A stretch of 64,000 bases of DNA from Eledone cirrhosa. Taxonomy: Eukaryota. A program made the position numbers and the translations under genes. The notes below the pieces were generated by a model. That model did no database searches. It was not told the origin of the DNA and saw only the letters and a program-made list of their open reading frames with translations. Below are positions 25,301 to 38,500 of the stretch, in pieces. Position 1 is the stretch's first letter. Every line of letters begins with the position of its first letter. The stretch spans positions 12,896,001 through 12,960,000 of the forward strand of contig OZ024757.1 in assembly GCA_964016885.1 (NCBI GenBank). The letters run 5' to 3'.

Positions 25301-28300
25301 TTTCGAAATATTAACTTCTGATTTCGAAAACTTATTTTTTTAGGTTTTTCGAAAAAAATTTAATCTGCAAAATTTGAAACCAGAGAGTTTCGAAAGATTT
25401 GTAGAAGCATATTTTTTTTACGTTTTCGAAAAATGCAAAAAATCAGAAAAAGATTAATACAGAAGTATATATTTCGACTATGAACTCACATTCATTCTTT
25501 TTCGAAAAACCTAAAAAAATTGATTATATAAGGTTTTCGAAAAACCTAAAAAAATCAATATTTGAAATCAGATATAAATATTTATAAAAAAATTGATTAT
25601 ATAAGGTTTTCAAAAAAAATTAATATGCGTTTTTCAAATTGCGTTTTTCGAAATATTAACTTCTGATTTCGAAAACTTATTTTTTTAGGTTTTTCGAAAA
25701 AAATTTAATCTGCAAAATTTGAAACCAGAAAGTAAATATTTCGAAAGATTTGTAAAAGCATGTTTTTTTTACGTTTTCGAAACATGCAAAAAATCAGAAA
25801 AAGATTAATACAGAAGTATATATTTCGACTATGAACTCACATTCATTCTTTTTCGAAAAACCTAAAAAAATTGATTATATAAGGTTTTCGAAAAACCTAA
25901 AAAAATCAATATTTGAAATCAGATATAAATATTTATAAAAAAATTGATTATATAAGGTTTTCAAAAAAAATTAATATGCGTTTTTCAAATTGCGTTTTTC
26001 GAAATATTAACTTCTGATTTCGAAAACTTATTTTTTTAGGTTTTTCGAAAAAAATTTAATCTGCAAAATTTGAAACCAGAAAGTAAATATTTCGAAAGAT
26101 TTGTAAAAGCATGTTTTTTTTACGTTTTCGAAACATGCAAAAAATCAGAAAAAGATTAATACAGAAGTATATATTTCGACTATGAACTCACATTCATTCT
26201 TTTTCGAAAAACCTAAAAAAATCAATATTTGAAATCAGATATAAATATTTATAAAAAAATTGATTATATAAGGTTTTCGAAAAAAATTAATATGCGTTTT
26301 TCAAATTGCGTTTTTCGAAATATTAACATCTGATTTCGAAAACTTATTTTTTTAGGTTTTTCGAAAAAAATTTAATCTGCAAAATTTGAAACCAGAAAGT
26401 TTCGAAAGATTTGTAAAAGCATGTTTTTTTTACGTTTTCGAAACATGCAAAAAATCAGAAAAAGATTAATACAGAAATATATATTTCGACTATGAACTCA
26501 CATTCATTCTTTTTCGAAAAACCTAAAAAAATTGATTATATAAGGTTTTCGAAAAACCTAAAAATATCAATATTTGAAATCAGATATAAATATTTATAAA
26601 AAAATTGATTATATAAGGTTTTCGAAAAAAAATTAATATGCGTTTTTCAAATTGCGTTTTTCGAAATATTAACTTCTGATTTCGAAAACTGATTTTTTTA
26701 GGTTTTTCGAAAAAAATTTAATCTGCAAAATTTGAAACCAGAAAGTAGATATTTCGAAAGATTTGTAAAAGCATTAATTTTTTACGTTTTTTTTTAGATT
26801 TCGAAACATGCAAAATGTAAAAAGATTAATACAGAAACATGAAAAATGTAAAAAGATTAATACAGAAGTATATATTTCGACTATGAACTCAGATTCATTC
26901 TTTTTCGAAAAACCTAAAAAAATTGATTATATAAGGTTTTCGAAAAACCTAAAAAAATCAATATTTGAAATCAGATATAAATATTTATAAAAAAATTGAT
27001 TATATAAGGTTTTCAAAAAAAATTAATATGCGTTTTTCAAATTGCGTTTTTCGAAATATTAACTTCTGATTTCGAAAACTTATTTTTTTAGGTTTTTCGA
27101 AAAAAATTTAATCTGCAAAATTTGAAACCAGAGAGTTTCGAAAGATTTGTAGAAGCATATTTTTTTTACGTTTTCGAAAAATGCAAAAAATCAGAAAAAG
27201 ATTAATACAGAAGTATATATTTCGACTATGAACTCACATTCATTCTTTTTCGAAAAACCTAAAAAAATTGATTATATAAGGTTTTCGAAAAACCTAAAAA
27301 AATCAATATTTGAAATCAGATATAAATATTTATAAAAAAATTGATTATATAAGGTTTTCGAAAAAAATTAATATGCGTTTTTCAAATTGCGTTTTTCGAA
27401 ATATTAACTTCTGATTTCGAAAACTTATTTTTTTAGGTTTTTCGAAAAAAATTTAATCTGCAAAATTTGAAACCAGAAAGTAGATATTTCGAAAGATTTG
27501 TAAAAGCATTAATTTTTTACGTTTTTTTTTAGATTTCGAAACATGCAAAATGTAAAAAGATTAATACAGAAACATGAAAAATGTAAAAAGATTAATACAG
27601 AAGTATATATTTCGACTATGAACTCAGATTCATTCTTTTTCGAAAAACCTAAAAAAATTGATTATATAAGGTTTTCGAAAAACCTAAAAATATCAATATT
27701 TGAAATCAGATATAAATATTTATAAAAAAAATTGATTATATAAGGTTTTCGAAAAAAAATTAATATGCGTTTTTCAAATTGCGTTTTTCGAAATATTAAC
27801 TTCTGATTTCGAAAACTGATTTTTTTAGGTTTTTCGAAAAAAATTTAATCTGCAAAATTTGAAACCAGAAAGTAGATATTTCGAAAGATTTGTAAAAGCA
27901 TTAATTTTTTACGTTTTTTTTAGATTTCGAAAATGCTAACAATCAGAAAAACGTAAAAAGATTAATGCAGAAGTATATATTTCGACTATGAACTCACATT
28001 CATTCTTTTTCGAAAAACCTAAAAAAATTGATTATATAAGGTTTTCGAAAAACCTAAAAAAATCAATATTTGAAATCAGATATAAATATTTCTAAAAGTA
28101 TAAAAAAATTGATTATATAAAAAAATATTGATTATATAAAAAATATTGATTATATAAAAAAATTATTTTTCGAAAAAAAATTAATATGCGTTATTCAAGT
28201 TGCGTTTTTCGAAATATTAACTTCTGATTTCGAAAACTGAATTTTTTAGGTTTTTCGAAAAAAATTTAATCTGCAAAATTTGAAACCAGAAAGTAGATAT

Positions 28301-31300
28301 TTCGAAAGATTTGTAAAAGCATTAATTTTTTACGTTTTTTTTTAGATTTCGAAACATGCAAAATGTAAAAAGATTAATACAGAAACATGAAAAATGTAAA
28401 AAGATTAATACAGAAGTATATATTTCGACTATGAACTCAGATTCATTCTTTTTCGAAAAACCTAAAAAAATTGATTATATAAGGTTTTCGAAAAACCTAA
28501 AAAAATCAATATTTGAAATCAGATATAAATATTTATAAAAAAAATTGATTATATAAGGTTTTCAAAAAAAATTAATATGCGTTTTTCAAATTGCGTTTTT
28601 CGAAATATTAACTTCTGATTTCGAAAACTTATTTTTTTAGGTTTTTCGAAAAAAATTTAATCTGCAAAATTTGAAACCAGAAAGTAAATATTTCGAAAGA
28701 TTTGTAAAAGCATGTTTTTTTTACGTTTTCGAAACATGCAAAAAATCAGAAAAAGATTAATACAGAAGTATATATTTCGACTATGAACTCACATTCATTC
28801 TTTTTCGAAAAACCTAAAAAAATCAATATTTGAAATCAGATATAAATATTTATAAAAAAATTGATTATATAAGGTTTTCAAAAAAAATTAATATGCGTTT
28901 TTCAAATTGCGTTTTTCGAAATATTAACTTCTGATTTCGAAAACTTATTTTTTTAGGTTTTTCGAAAAAAATTTAATCTTCAAAATTTGAAACCAGAGAG
29001 TTTCGAAAGATTTGTAAAAGCATGTTTTTTTTACGTTTTCGAAACATGCAAAAAATCAGAAAAAGATTAATACAGAAGTATATATTTCGACTATGAACTC
29101 ACATTCATTCTTTTTCGAAAAACCTAAAAAAATTGATTATATAAGGTTTTCGAAAAACCTAAAAAAATCAATATTTGAAATCAGATATAAATATTTATAA
29201 AAAAATTGATTATATAAGGTTTTCGAAAAAAATTAATATGCGTTTTTCAAATTGCGTTTTTCGAAATATTAACTTCTGATTTCGAAAACTTATTTTTTTA
29301 GGTTTTTCGAAAAAAATTTAATCTGCAAAATTTGAAACCAGAAAGTTTCGAAAGATTTGTAAAAGCATGTTTTTTTTACGTTTTCGAAACATGCAAAAAA
29401 TCAGAAAAAGATTAATACAGAAGTATATATTTCGACTATGAACTCACATTCATTCTTTTTCGAAAAACCTAAAAAAATTGATTATATAAGGTTTTCGAAA
29501 AACCTAAAAAAATCAATATTTGAAATCAGATATAAATATTTCTAAAAGTATAAAAAAAATTGATTATATAAGGTTTTCGAAAAAAAATTAATATGCGTTT
29601 TTCAAATTGCGTTTTTCGAACTTCTGATTTCGAAAACTGATTTTTTTTAGGTTTTTCGAAAAAAATTTAATCTGCAAAATTTGAAACCAGAAAGTAGATA
29701 TTTCGAAAGATTTGTAAAAGCATTAATTTTTTACGTTTTTTATTAGATTTCGAAACATGCAAAATGTAAAAAGATTAATACAGAAACATGAAAAATGTAA
29801 AAAGATTAATACAGAAGTATATATTTCGACTATGAACTCAGATTCATTCTTTTTCGAAAAACCTAAAAAAATTGATTATATAAAGTTTTCGAAAAACCTA
29901 AAAAAATTGATTATATAAGGTTTTCGAAAAACCTAAAAAAATCAATATTTGAAATCAGATATAAATATTTATAAAAAAATTGATTATATAAGGTTTTCAA
30001 AAAAAATTAATATGCGTTTTTCAAATTGCGTTTTTCGAAATATTAACTTCTGATTTCGAAAACTTATTTTTTTAGGTTTTTCGAAAAAAATTTAATCTGC
30101 AAAATTTGAAACCAGAAAGTAAATATTTCGAAAGATTTGTAAAAGCATGTTTTTTTTACGTTTTCGAAACATGCAAAAAATCAGAAAAAGATTAATACAG
30201 AAGTATATATTTCGACTATGAACTCACATTCATTCTTTTTCGAAAAACCTAAAAAAATCAATATTTGAAATCAGATATAAATATTTATAAAAAAATTGAT
30301 TATATAAGGTTTTCGAAAAAAATTAATATGCGTTTTTCAAATTGCGTTTTTCGAAATATTAACTTCTGATTTCGAAAACTTATTTTTTTAGGTTTTTCGA
30401 AAAAAATTTAATCTGCAAAATTTGAAACCAGAAAGTTTCGAAAGATTTGTAAAAGCATGTTTTTTTTACGTTTTCGAAACATGCAAAAAATCAGAAAAAG
30501 ATTAATACAGAAGTATATATTTCGACTATGAACTCACATTCATTCTTTTTCGAAAAACCTAAAAAAATTGATTATATAAGGTTTTCGAAAAACCTAAAAA
30601 AATCAATATTTGAAATCAGATATAAATATTTATAAAAAAATTGATTATATAAGGTTTTCGAAAAAAATTAATATGCGTTTTTCAAATTGCGTTTTTCGAA
30701 ATATTAACTTCTGATTTCGAAAACTTATTTTTTTAGGTTTTTCGAAAAAAATTTAATCTGCAAAATTTGAAACCAGAAAGTTTCGAAAGATTTGTAAAAG
30801 CATGTTTTTTTTACGTTTTCGAAACATGCAAAAAATCAGAAAAAGATTAATACAGAAGTATATATTTCGACTATGAACTCACATTCATTCTTTTTCGAAA
30901 AACCTAAAAAAATTGATTATATAAGGTTTTCGAAAAACCTAAAAAAATCAATATTTGAAATCAGATATAAATATTTCTAAAAGTATAAAAAAAAATTGAT
31001 TATATAAGGTTTTCGAAAAAAAATTAATATGCGTTTTTCAAATTGCGTTTTTCGAACTTCTGATTTCGAAAACTGATTTTTTTAGGTTTTTCGAAAAAAA
31101 TTTAATCTGCAAAATTTGAAACCAGAAAGTAGATATTTCGAAAGATTTGTAAAAGCATTAATTTTTTACGTTTTTTATTAGATTTCGAAACATGCAAAAT
31201 GTAAAAAGATTAATACAGAAACATGAAAAATGTAAAAAGATTAATACAGAAGTATATATTTCGACTATGAACTCAGATTCATTCTTTTTCGAAAAACCTA

Positions 31301-31394
31301 AAAAAATTGATTATATAAGGTTTTCGAAAAACCTAAAAAAATCAATATTTGAAATCAGATATAAATATTTATAAAAAAATTGATTATATAAGGT

Positions 31395-34300
31395 TTTCAA
31401 AAAAAATTAATATGCGTTTTTCAAATTGCGTTTTTCGAAATATTAACTTCTGATTTCGAAAACTTATTTTTTTAGGTTTTTCGAAAAAAATTTAATCTGC
31501 AAAATTTGAAACCAGAAAGTAAATATTTCGAAAGATTTGTAAAAGCATGTTTTTTTTACGTTTTCGAAACATGCAAAAAATCAGAAAAAGATTAATACAG
31601 AAGTATATATTTCGACTATGAACTCACATTCATTCTTTTTCGAAAAACCTAAAAAAATCAATATTTGAAATCAGATATAAATATTTATAAAAAAATTGAT
31701 TATATAAGGTTTTCGAAAAAAATTAATATGCGTTTTTCAAATTGCGTTTTTCGAAATATTAACTTCTGATTTCGAAAACTTATTTTTTTAGGTTTTTCGA
31801 AAAAAATTTAATCTGCAAAATTTGAAACCAGAAAGTTTCGAAAAAAAATCAGAAAAAGATTAATACAGAAGTATATATTTCGACTATGAACTCACATTCA
31901 TTCTTTTTCGAAAAACCTAAAAAAATTGATTATATAAGGTTTTCGAAAAACCTAAAAATATCAATATTTGAAATCAGATATAAATATTTATAAAAAAATT
32001 GATTATATAAGGTTTTCGAAAAAAAATTAATATGCGTTTTTCAAATTGCGTTTTTCGAAATATTAACTTCTGATTTCGAAAACTGATTTTTTTAGGTTTT
32101 TCGAAAAAAATTTAATCAGCAAAATTTGAAACCAGAAAGTAGATATTTCGAAAGATTTGTAAAAGCATTAATTTTTTACGTTTTTTTTTAGATTTCGAAA
32201 ATGCTAACAATCAGAAAAACGTAAAAAGATTAATGCAGAAGTATATATTTCGACTATGAACTCACATTCATTCTTTTTCGAAAAACCTAAAAAAATTGAT
32301 TATATAAGGTTTTCGAAAAACCTAAAAAAATCAATATTTGAAATCAGATATAAATATTTCTAAAAGTATAAAAAAATTGATTATATAAAAAAATATTGAT
32401 TATATAAAAAATATTGATTATATAAAAAAATTATTTTTCGAAAAAAAATTAATATGCGTTTTTCAAGTTGCGTTTTTCGAAATATTAACTTCTGATTTCG
32501 AAAACTGAATTTTTTAGGTTTTTCGAAAAAAATTTAATCTGCAAAATTTGAAACCAGAAAGTAGATATTTCGAAAGATTTGTAAAAGCATTAATTTTTTA
32601 CGTTTTTTTTTAGATTTCGAAACATGCAAAATGTAAAAAGATTAATACAGAAACATGAAAAATGTAAAAAGATTAATACAGAAGTATATATTTCGACTAT
32701 GAACTCAGATTCATTCTTTTTCGAAAAACCTAAAAAAATTGATTATATAAGGTTTTCGAAAAACCTAAAAAAATCAATATTTGAAATCAGATATAAATAT
32801 TTATAAAAAAATTGATTATATAAGATTTTCAAAAAAAATTAATATGCGTTTTTCAAATTGCGTTTTTCGAAATATTAACTTCTGATTTCGAAAACTTATT
32901 TTTTTAGGTTTTTCGAAAAAAATTTAATCTGCAAAATTTGAAACCAGAAAGTAAATATTTCGAAAGATTTGTAAAAGCATGTTTTTTTTACGTTTTCGAA
33001 ACATGCAAAAAATCAGAAAAAGATTAATACAGAAGTATATATTTCGACTATGAACTCACATTCATTCTTTTTCGAAAAACCTAAAAAAATCAATATTTGA
33101 AATCAGATATAAATATTTATAAAAAAATTGATTATATAAGGTTTTCGAAAAAAATTAATATGCGTTTTTCAAATTGCGTTTTTCGAAATATTAACTTCTG
33201 ATTTCGAAAACTTATTTTTTTAGGTTTTTCGAAAAAAATTTAATCTGCAAAATTTGAAACCAGAAAGTTTCGAAAAAAAATCAGAAAAAGATTAATACAG
33301 AAGTATATATTTCGACTATGAACTCACATTCATTCTTTTTCGAAAAACCTAAAAAAATTGATTATATAAGGTTTTCGAAAAACCTAAAAATATCAATATT
33401 TGAAATCAGATATAAATATTTATAAAAAAATTGATTATATAAGGTTTTCGAAAAAAAATTAATATGCGTTTTTCAAATTGCGTTTTTCGAAATATTAACT
33501 TCTGATTTCGAAAACTGATTTTTTTAGGTTTTTCGAAAAAAATTTAATCTGCAAAATTTGAAACCAGAAAGTAGATATTTCGAAAGATTTGTAAAAGCAT
33601 TAATTTTTTACGTTTTTTTTTAGATTTCGAAAATGCTAACAATCAGAAAAACGTAAAAAGATTAATGCAGAAGTATATATTTCGACTATGAACTCACATT
33701 CATTCTTTTTCGAAAAACCTAAAAAAATTGATTATATAAGGTTTTCGAAAAACCTAAAAAAATCAATATTTGAAATCAGATATAAATATTTCTAAAAGTA
33801 TAAAAAAATTGATTATATAAAAAAATATTGATTATATAAAAAATATTGATTATATAAAAAAATTATTTTTCGAAAAAAAATTAATATGCGTTTTTCAAGT
33901 TGCGTTTTTCGAAATATTAACTTCTGATTTCGAAAACTGAATTTTTTAGGTTTTTCGAAAAAAATTTAATCTGCAAAATTTGAAACCAGAAAGTAGATAT
34001 TTCGAAAGATTTGTAAAAGCATTAATTTTTTACGTTTTTTTTTAGATTTCGAAACATGCAAAATGTAAAAAGATTAATACAGAAACATGAAAAATGTAAA
34101 AAGATTAATACAGAAGTATATATTTCGACTATGAACTCAGATTCATTCTTTTTCGAAAAACCTAAAAAAATTGATTATATAAGGTTTTCGAAAAACCTAA
34201 AAAAATCAATATTTGAAATCAGATATAAATATTTATAAAAAAATTGATTATATAAGATTTTCAAAAAAAATTAATATGCGTTTTTCAAATTGCGTTTTTC

Positions 34301-34705
34301 GAAATATTAACTTCTGATTTCGAAAACTTATTTTTTTAGGTTTTTCGAAAAAAATTTAATCTGCAAAATTTGAAACCAGAAAGTAAATATTTCGAAAGAT
34401 TTGTAAAAGCATGTTTTTTTTACGTTTTCGAAACATGCAAAAAATCAGAAAAAGATTAATACAGAAGTATATATTTCGACTATGAACTCACATTCATTCT
34501 TTTTCGAAAAACCTAAAAAAATCAATATTTGAAATCAGATATAAATATTTATAAAAAAATTGATTATATAAGGTTTTCGAAAAAAATTAATATGCGTTTT
34601 TCAAATTGCGTTTTTCGAAATATTAACTTCTGATTTCGAAAACTTATTTTTTTAGGTTTTTCGAAAAAAATTTAATCTGCAAAATTTGAAACCAGAAAGT
34701 TTCGA
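31395..34705 (+). repeat. 1432-bp 4-monomer higher-order repeat, ~2.3 copies
   Basis: ORF starts 31192, 32624 and 34056 are 1432 apart. Markers TTCAAGTTGCG, CTGAATTT and AAGATTTTC repeat at that period. The same spacing is seen at 5268/6700 and 38685/40117. Confidence 0.88.
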
Positions 34706-35492
34706 AAGATTTGTAAAAGCATGTTTTTTTTACGTTTTCGAAACATGCAAAAAATCAGAAAAAGATTAATACAGAAGTATATATTTCGACTATGAACTCA
34801 GATTCATTCTTTTTCGAAAAACCTAAAAAAATTGATTATATAAGGTTTTCGAAAAACCTAAAAAAATCAATATTTGAAATCAGATATAAATATTTCTAAA
34901 AGTATAAAAAAAATTGATTATATAAGGTTTTCGAAAAAAAATTAATATGCGTTTTTCAAATTGCGTTTTTCGAACTTCTGATTTCGAAAACTGATTTTTT
35001 TAGGTTTTTCGAAAAAAATTTAATCTGCAAAATTTGAAACCAGAAAGTAAATATTTCGAAAGATTTGTAAAAGCATGTTTTTTTTACGTTTTCGAAACAT
35101 GCAAAAAATCAGAAAAAGATTAATACAGAAGTATATATTTCGACTATGAACTCACATTCATTCTTTTTCGAAAAACCTAAAAAAATCAATATTTGAAATC
35201 AGATATAAATATTTATAAAAAAATTGATTATATAAGGTTTTCGAAAAAAATTAATATGCGTTTTTCAAATTGCGTTTTTCGAAATATTAACTTCTGATTT
35301 CGAAAACTTATTTTTTTAGGTTTTTCGAAAAAAATTTAATCTGCAAAATTTGAAACCAGTAAGTTTCGAAAGATTTGTAAAAGCATGTTTTTTTTACGTT
35401 TTCGAAACATGCAAAAAATCAGAAAAAGATTAATACAGAAGTATATATTTCGACTATGAACTCACATTCATTCTTTTTCGAAAAACCTAAAA

Positions 35493-35593
35493 AAATTGAT
35501 TATATAAGGTTTTCGAAAAACCTAAAAAAAATCAATATTTGATTTCAAATATTGATTTTTTTAGGTTTTTCGAAAACCTTATATAATCAATTT
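35493..35593. repeat. 101-bp near-perfect palindrome, copy 4
   Basis: Same centre and arms. The flanking TTCGAA sites are intact. Confidence 0.95.
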
Positions 35594-38500
35594 ATAAAAA
35601 AATTGATTATATAAGGTTTTCGAAAAAAATTAATATGCGTTTTTCAAATTGCGTTTTTCGAAATATTAACTTCTGATTTCGAAAACTTATTTTTTTAGGT
35701 TTTTCGAAAAAAATTTAATCTTCAAAATTTGAAACCAGAGAGTTTCGAAAGATTTGTAAAAGCATGTTTTTTTTACGTTTTCGAAACATGCAAAAAATCA
35801 GAAAAAGATTAATACAGAAGTATATATTTCGACTATGAACTCACATTCATTCTTTTTCGAAAAACCTAAAAAAATTGATTATATAAGGTTTTCGAAAAAC
35901 CTAAAAAAATCAATATTTGAAATCAGATATAAATATTTATAAAAAAATTGATTATATAAGGTTTTCGAAAAAAATTAATATGCGTTTTTCAAATTGCGTT
36001 TTTCGAAATATTAACTTCTGATTTCGAAAACTTATTTTTTTAGGTTTTTCGAAAAAAATTTAATCTGCAAAATTTGAAACCAGAAAGTAGATATTTCGAA
36101 AGATTTGTAAAAGCATTAATTTTTTACGTTTTTTTTTAGATTTCGAAACATGCAAAATGTAAAAAGATTAATACAGAAACATGAAAAATGTAAAAAGATT
36201 AATACAGAAGTATATATTTCGACTATGAACTCAGATTCATTCTTTTTCGAAAAACCTAAAAAAATTGATTATATAAGGTTTTCGAAAAACCTAAAAATAT
36301 CAATATTTGAAATCAGATATAAATATTTATAAAAAAAATTGATTATATAAGGTTTTCGAAAAAAAATTAATATGCGTTTTTCAAATTGCGTTTTTCGAAA
36401 TATTAACTTCTGATTTCGAAAACTGATTTTTTTAGGTTTTTCGAAAAAAATTTAATCTGCAAAATTTGAAACCAGAAAGTAGATATTTCGAAAGATTTGT
36501 AAAAGCATTAATTTTTTACTTTTTTTTAGATTTCGAAAATGCTAACAATCAGAAAAACGTAAAAAGATTAATGCAGAAGTATATATTTCGACTATGAACT
36601 CACATTCATTCTTTTTCGAAAAACCTAAAAAAATTGATTATATAAGGTTTTCGAAAAACCTAAAAAAATCAATATTTGAAATCAGATATAAATATTTCTA
36701 AAAGTATAAAAAAATTGATTATATAAAAAAATATTGATTATATAAAAAATATTGATTATATAAAAAAATTATTTTTCGAAAAAAAATTAATATGCGTTAT
36801 TCAAGTTGTGTTTTTCGAAATATAAACTTCTGATTTCGAAAACTTATTTTTTCAGGTTTTTCGAAAAAAATTTAATCTGCAAAATTTGAAACCAGAAAGT
36901 AAATATTTCGAAAGATTTGTAAAAGCATGTTTTTTTTACGTTTTCGAAACATGCAAAAAATCAGAAAAAGATTAATACAGAAGTATATATTTCGACTATG
37001 AACTCACATTCATTCTTTTTCGAAAAACCTAAAAAAATCAATATTTGAAATCAGATATAAATATTTATAAAAAAATTGATTATATAAGGTTTTCGAAAAA
37101 AATTAATATGCGTTTTTCAAATTGCGTTTTTCGAAATATTAACTTCTGATTTCGAAAACTTATTTTTTTAGGTTTTTCGAAAAAAATTTAATCTGCAAAA
37201 TTTGAAACCAGAAAGTAGATATTTCGAAAGATTTGTAAAATCATTAATTTTTTACGTTTTTTTTTAGATTTCGAAACATGCAAAATGTAAAAAGATTAAT
37301 ACAGAAACATGAAAAATGTAAAAAGATTAATACAGAAGTATATATTTCGACTATGAACTCAGATTCATTCTTTTTCGAAAAACCTAAAAAAATTGATTAT
37401 ATAAGGTTTTCGAAAAACCTAAAAATATCAATATTTGAAATCAGATATAAATATTTATAAAAAAATTGATTATCGAAAAAAAATTAATATGCCTTTTTCA
37501 AATTGCGTTTTTCGAAATATTAACTTCTGATTTCGAAAACTGATTTTTTTAGGTTTTTCGAAAAAAATTTAATCTGCAAAATTTGAAACCAGAAAGTAGA
37601 TATTTCGAAAGATTTGTAAAAGCATTAATTTTTTACGTTTTTTTTAGATTTCGAAAATGCTAACAATCAGAAAAACGTAAAAAGATTAATGCAGAAGTAT
37701 ATATTTCGACTATGAACTCACATTCATTCTTTTTCGAAAAACCTAAAAAAATCAATATTTGAAATCAGATATAAATATTTATAAAAAAATTGATTATATA
37801 AGGTTTTCGAAAAAAATTAATATGCGTTTTTCAAATTGCGTTTTTCGAAATATTAACTTCTGATTTCGAAAACTTATTTTTTTAGGTTTTTCGAAAAAAA
37901 TTTAATCTGCAAAATTTGAAACCAGAAAGTTTCGAAAGATTTGTAAAAGCATGTTTTTTTTACGTTTTCGAAACATGCAAAAAATCAGAAAAAGATTAAT
38001 ACAGAAGTATATATTTCGACTATGAACTCACATTCATTCTTTTTCGAAAAACCTAAAAAAATTGATTATATAAGGTTTTCGAAAAACCTAAAAAAATCAA
38101 TATTTGAAATCAGATATAAATATTTATAAAAAAATTGATTATATAAGGTTTTCGAAAAAAATTAATATGCGTTTTTCAAATTGCGTTTTTCGAAATATTA
38201 ACTTCTGATTTCGAAAACTTGTTTTTTTAGGTTTTTCGAAAAAAATTTAATCTGCAAAATTTGAAACCAGAAAGTTTCGAAAGATTTGTAAAAGCATGTT
38301 TTTTTTACGTTTTCGAAACATGCAAAAAATCAGAAAAAGATTAATACAGAAGTATATATTTCGACTATGAACTCACATTCATTCTTTTTCGAAAAACCTA
38401 AAAAAATTGATTATATAAGGTTTTCGAAAAACCTAAAAAAATCAATATTTGAAATCAGATATAAATATTTCTAAAAGTATAAAAAAAATTGATTATATAA

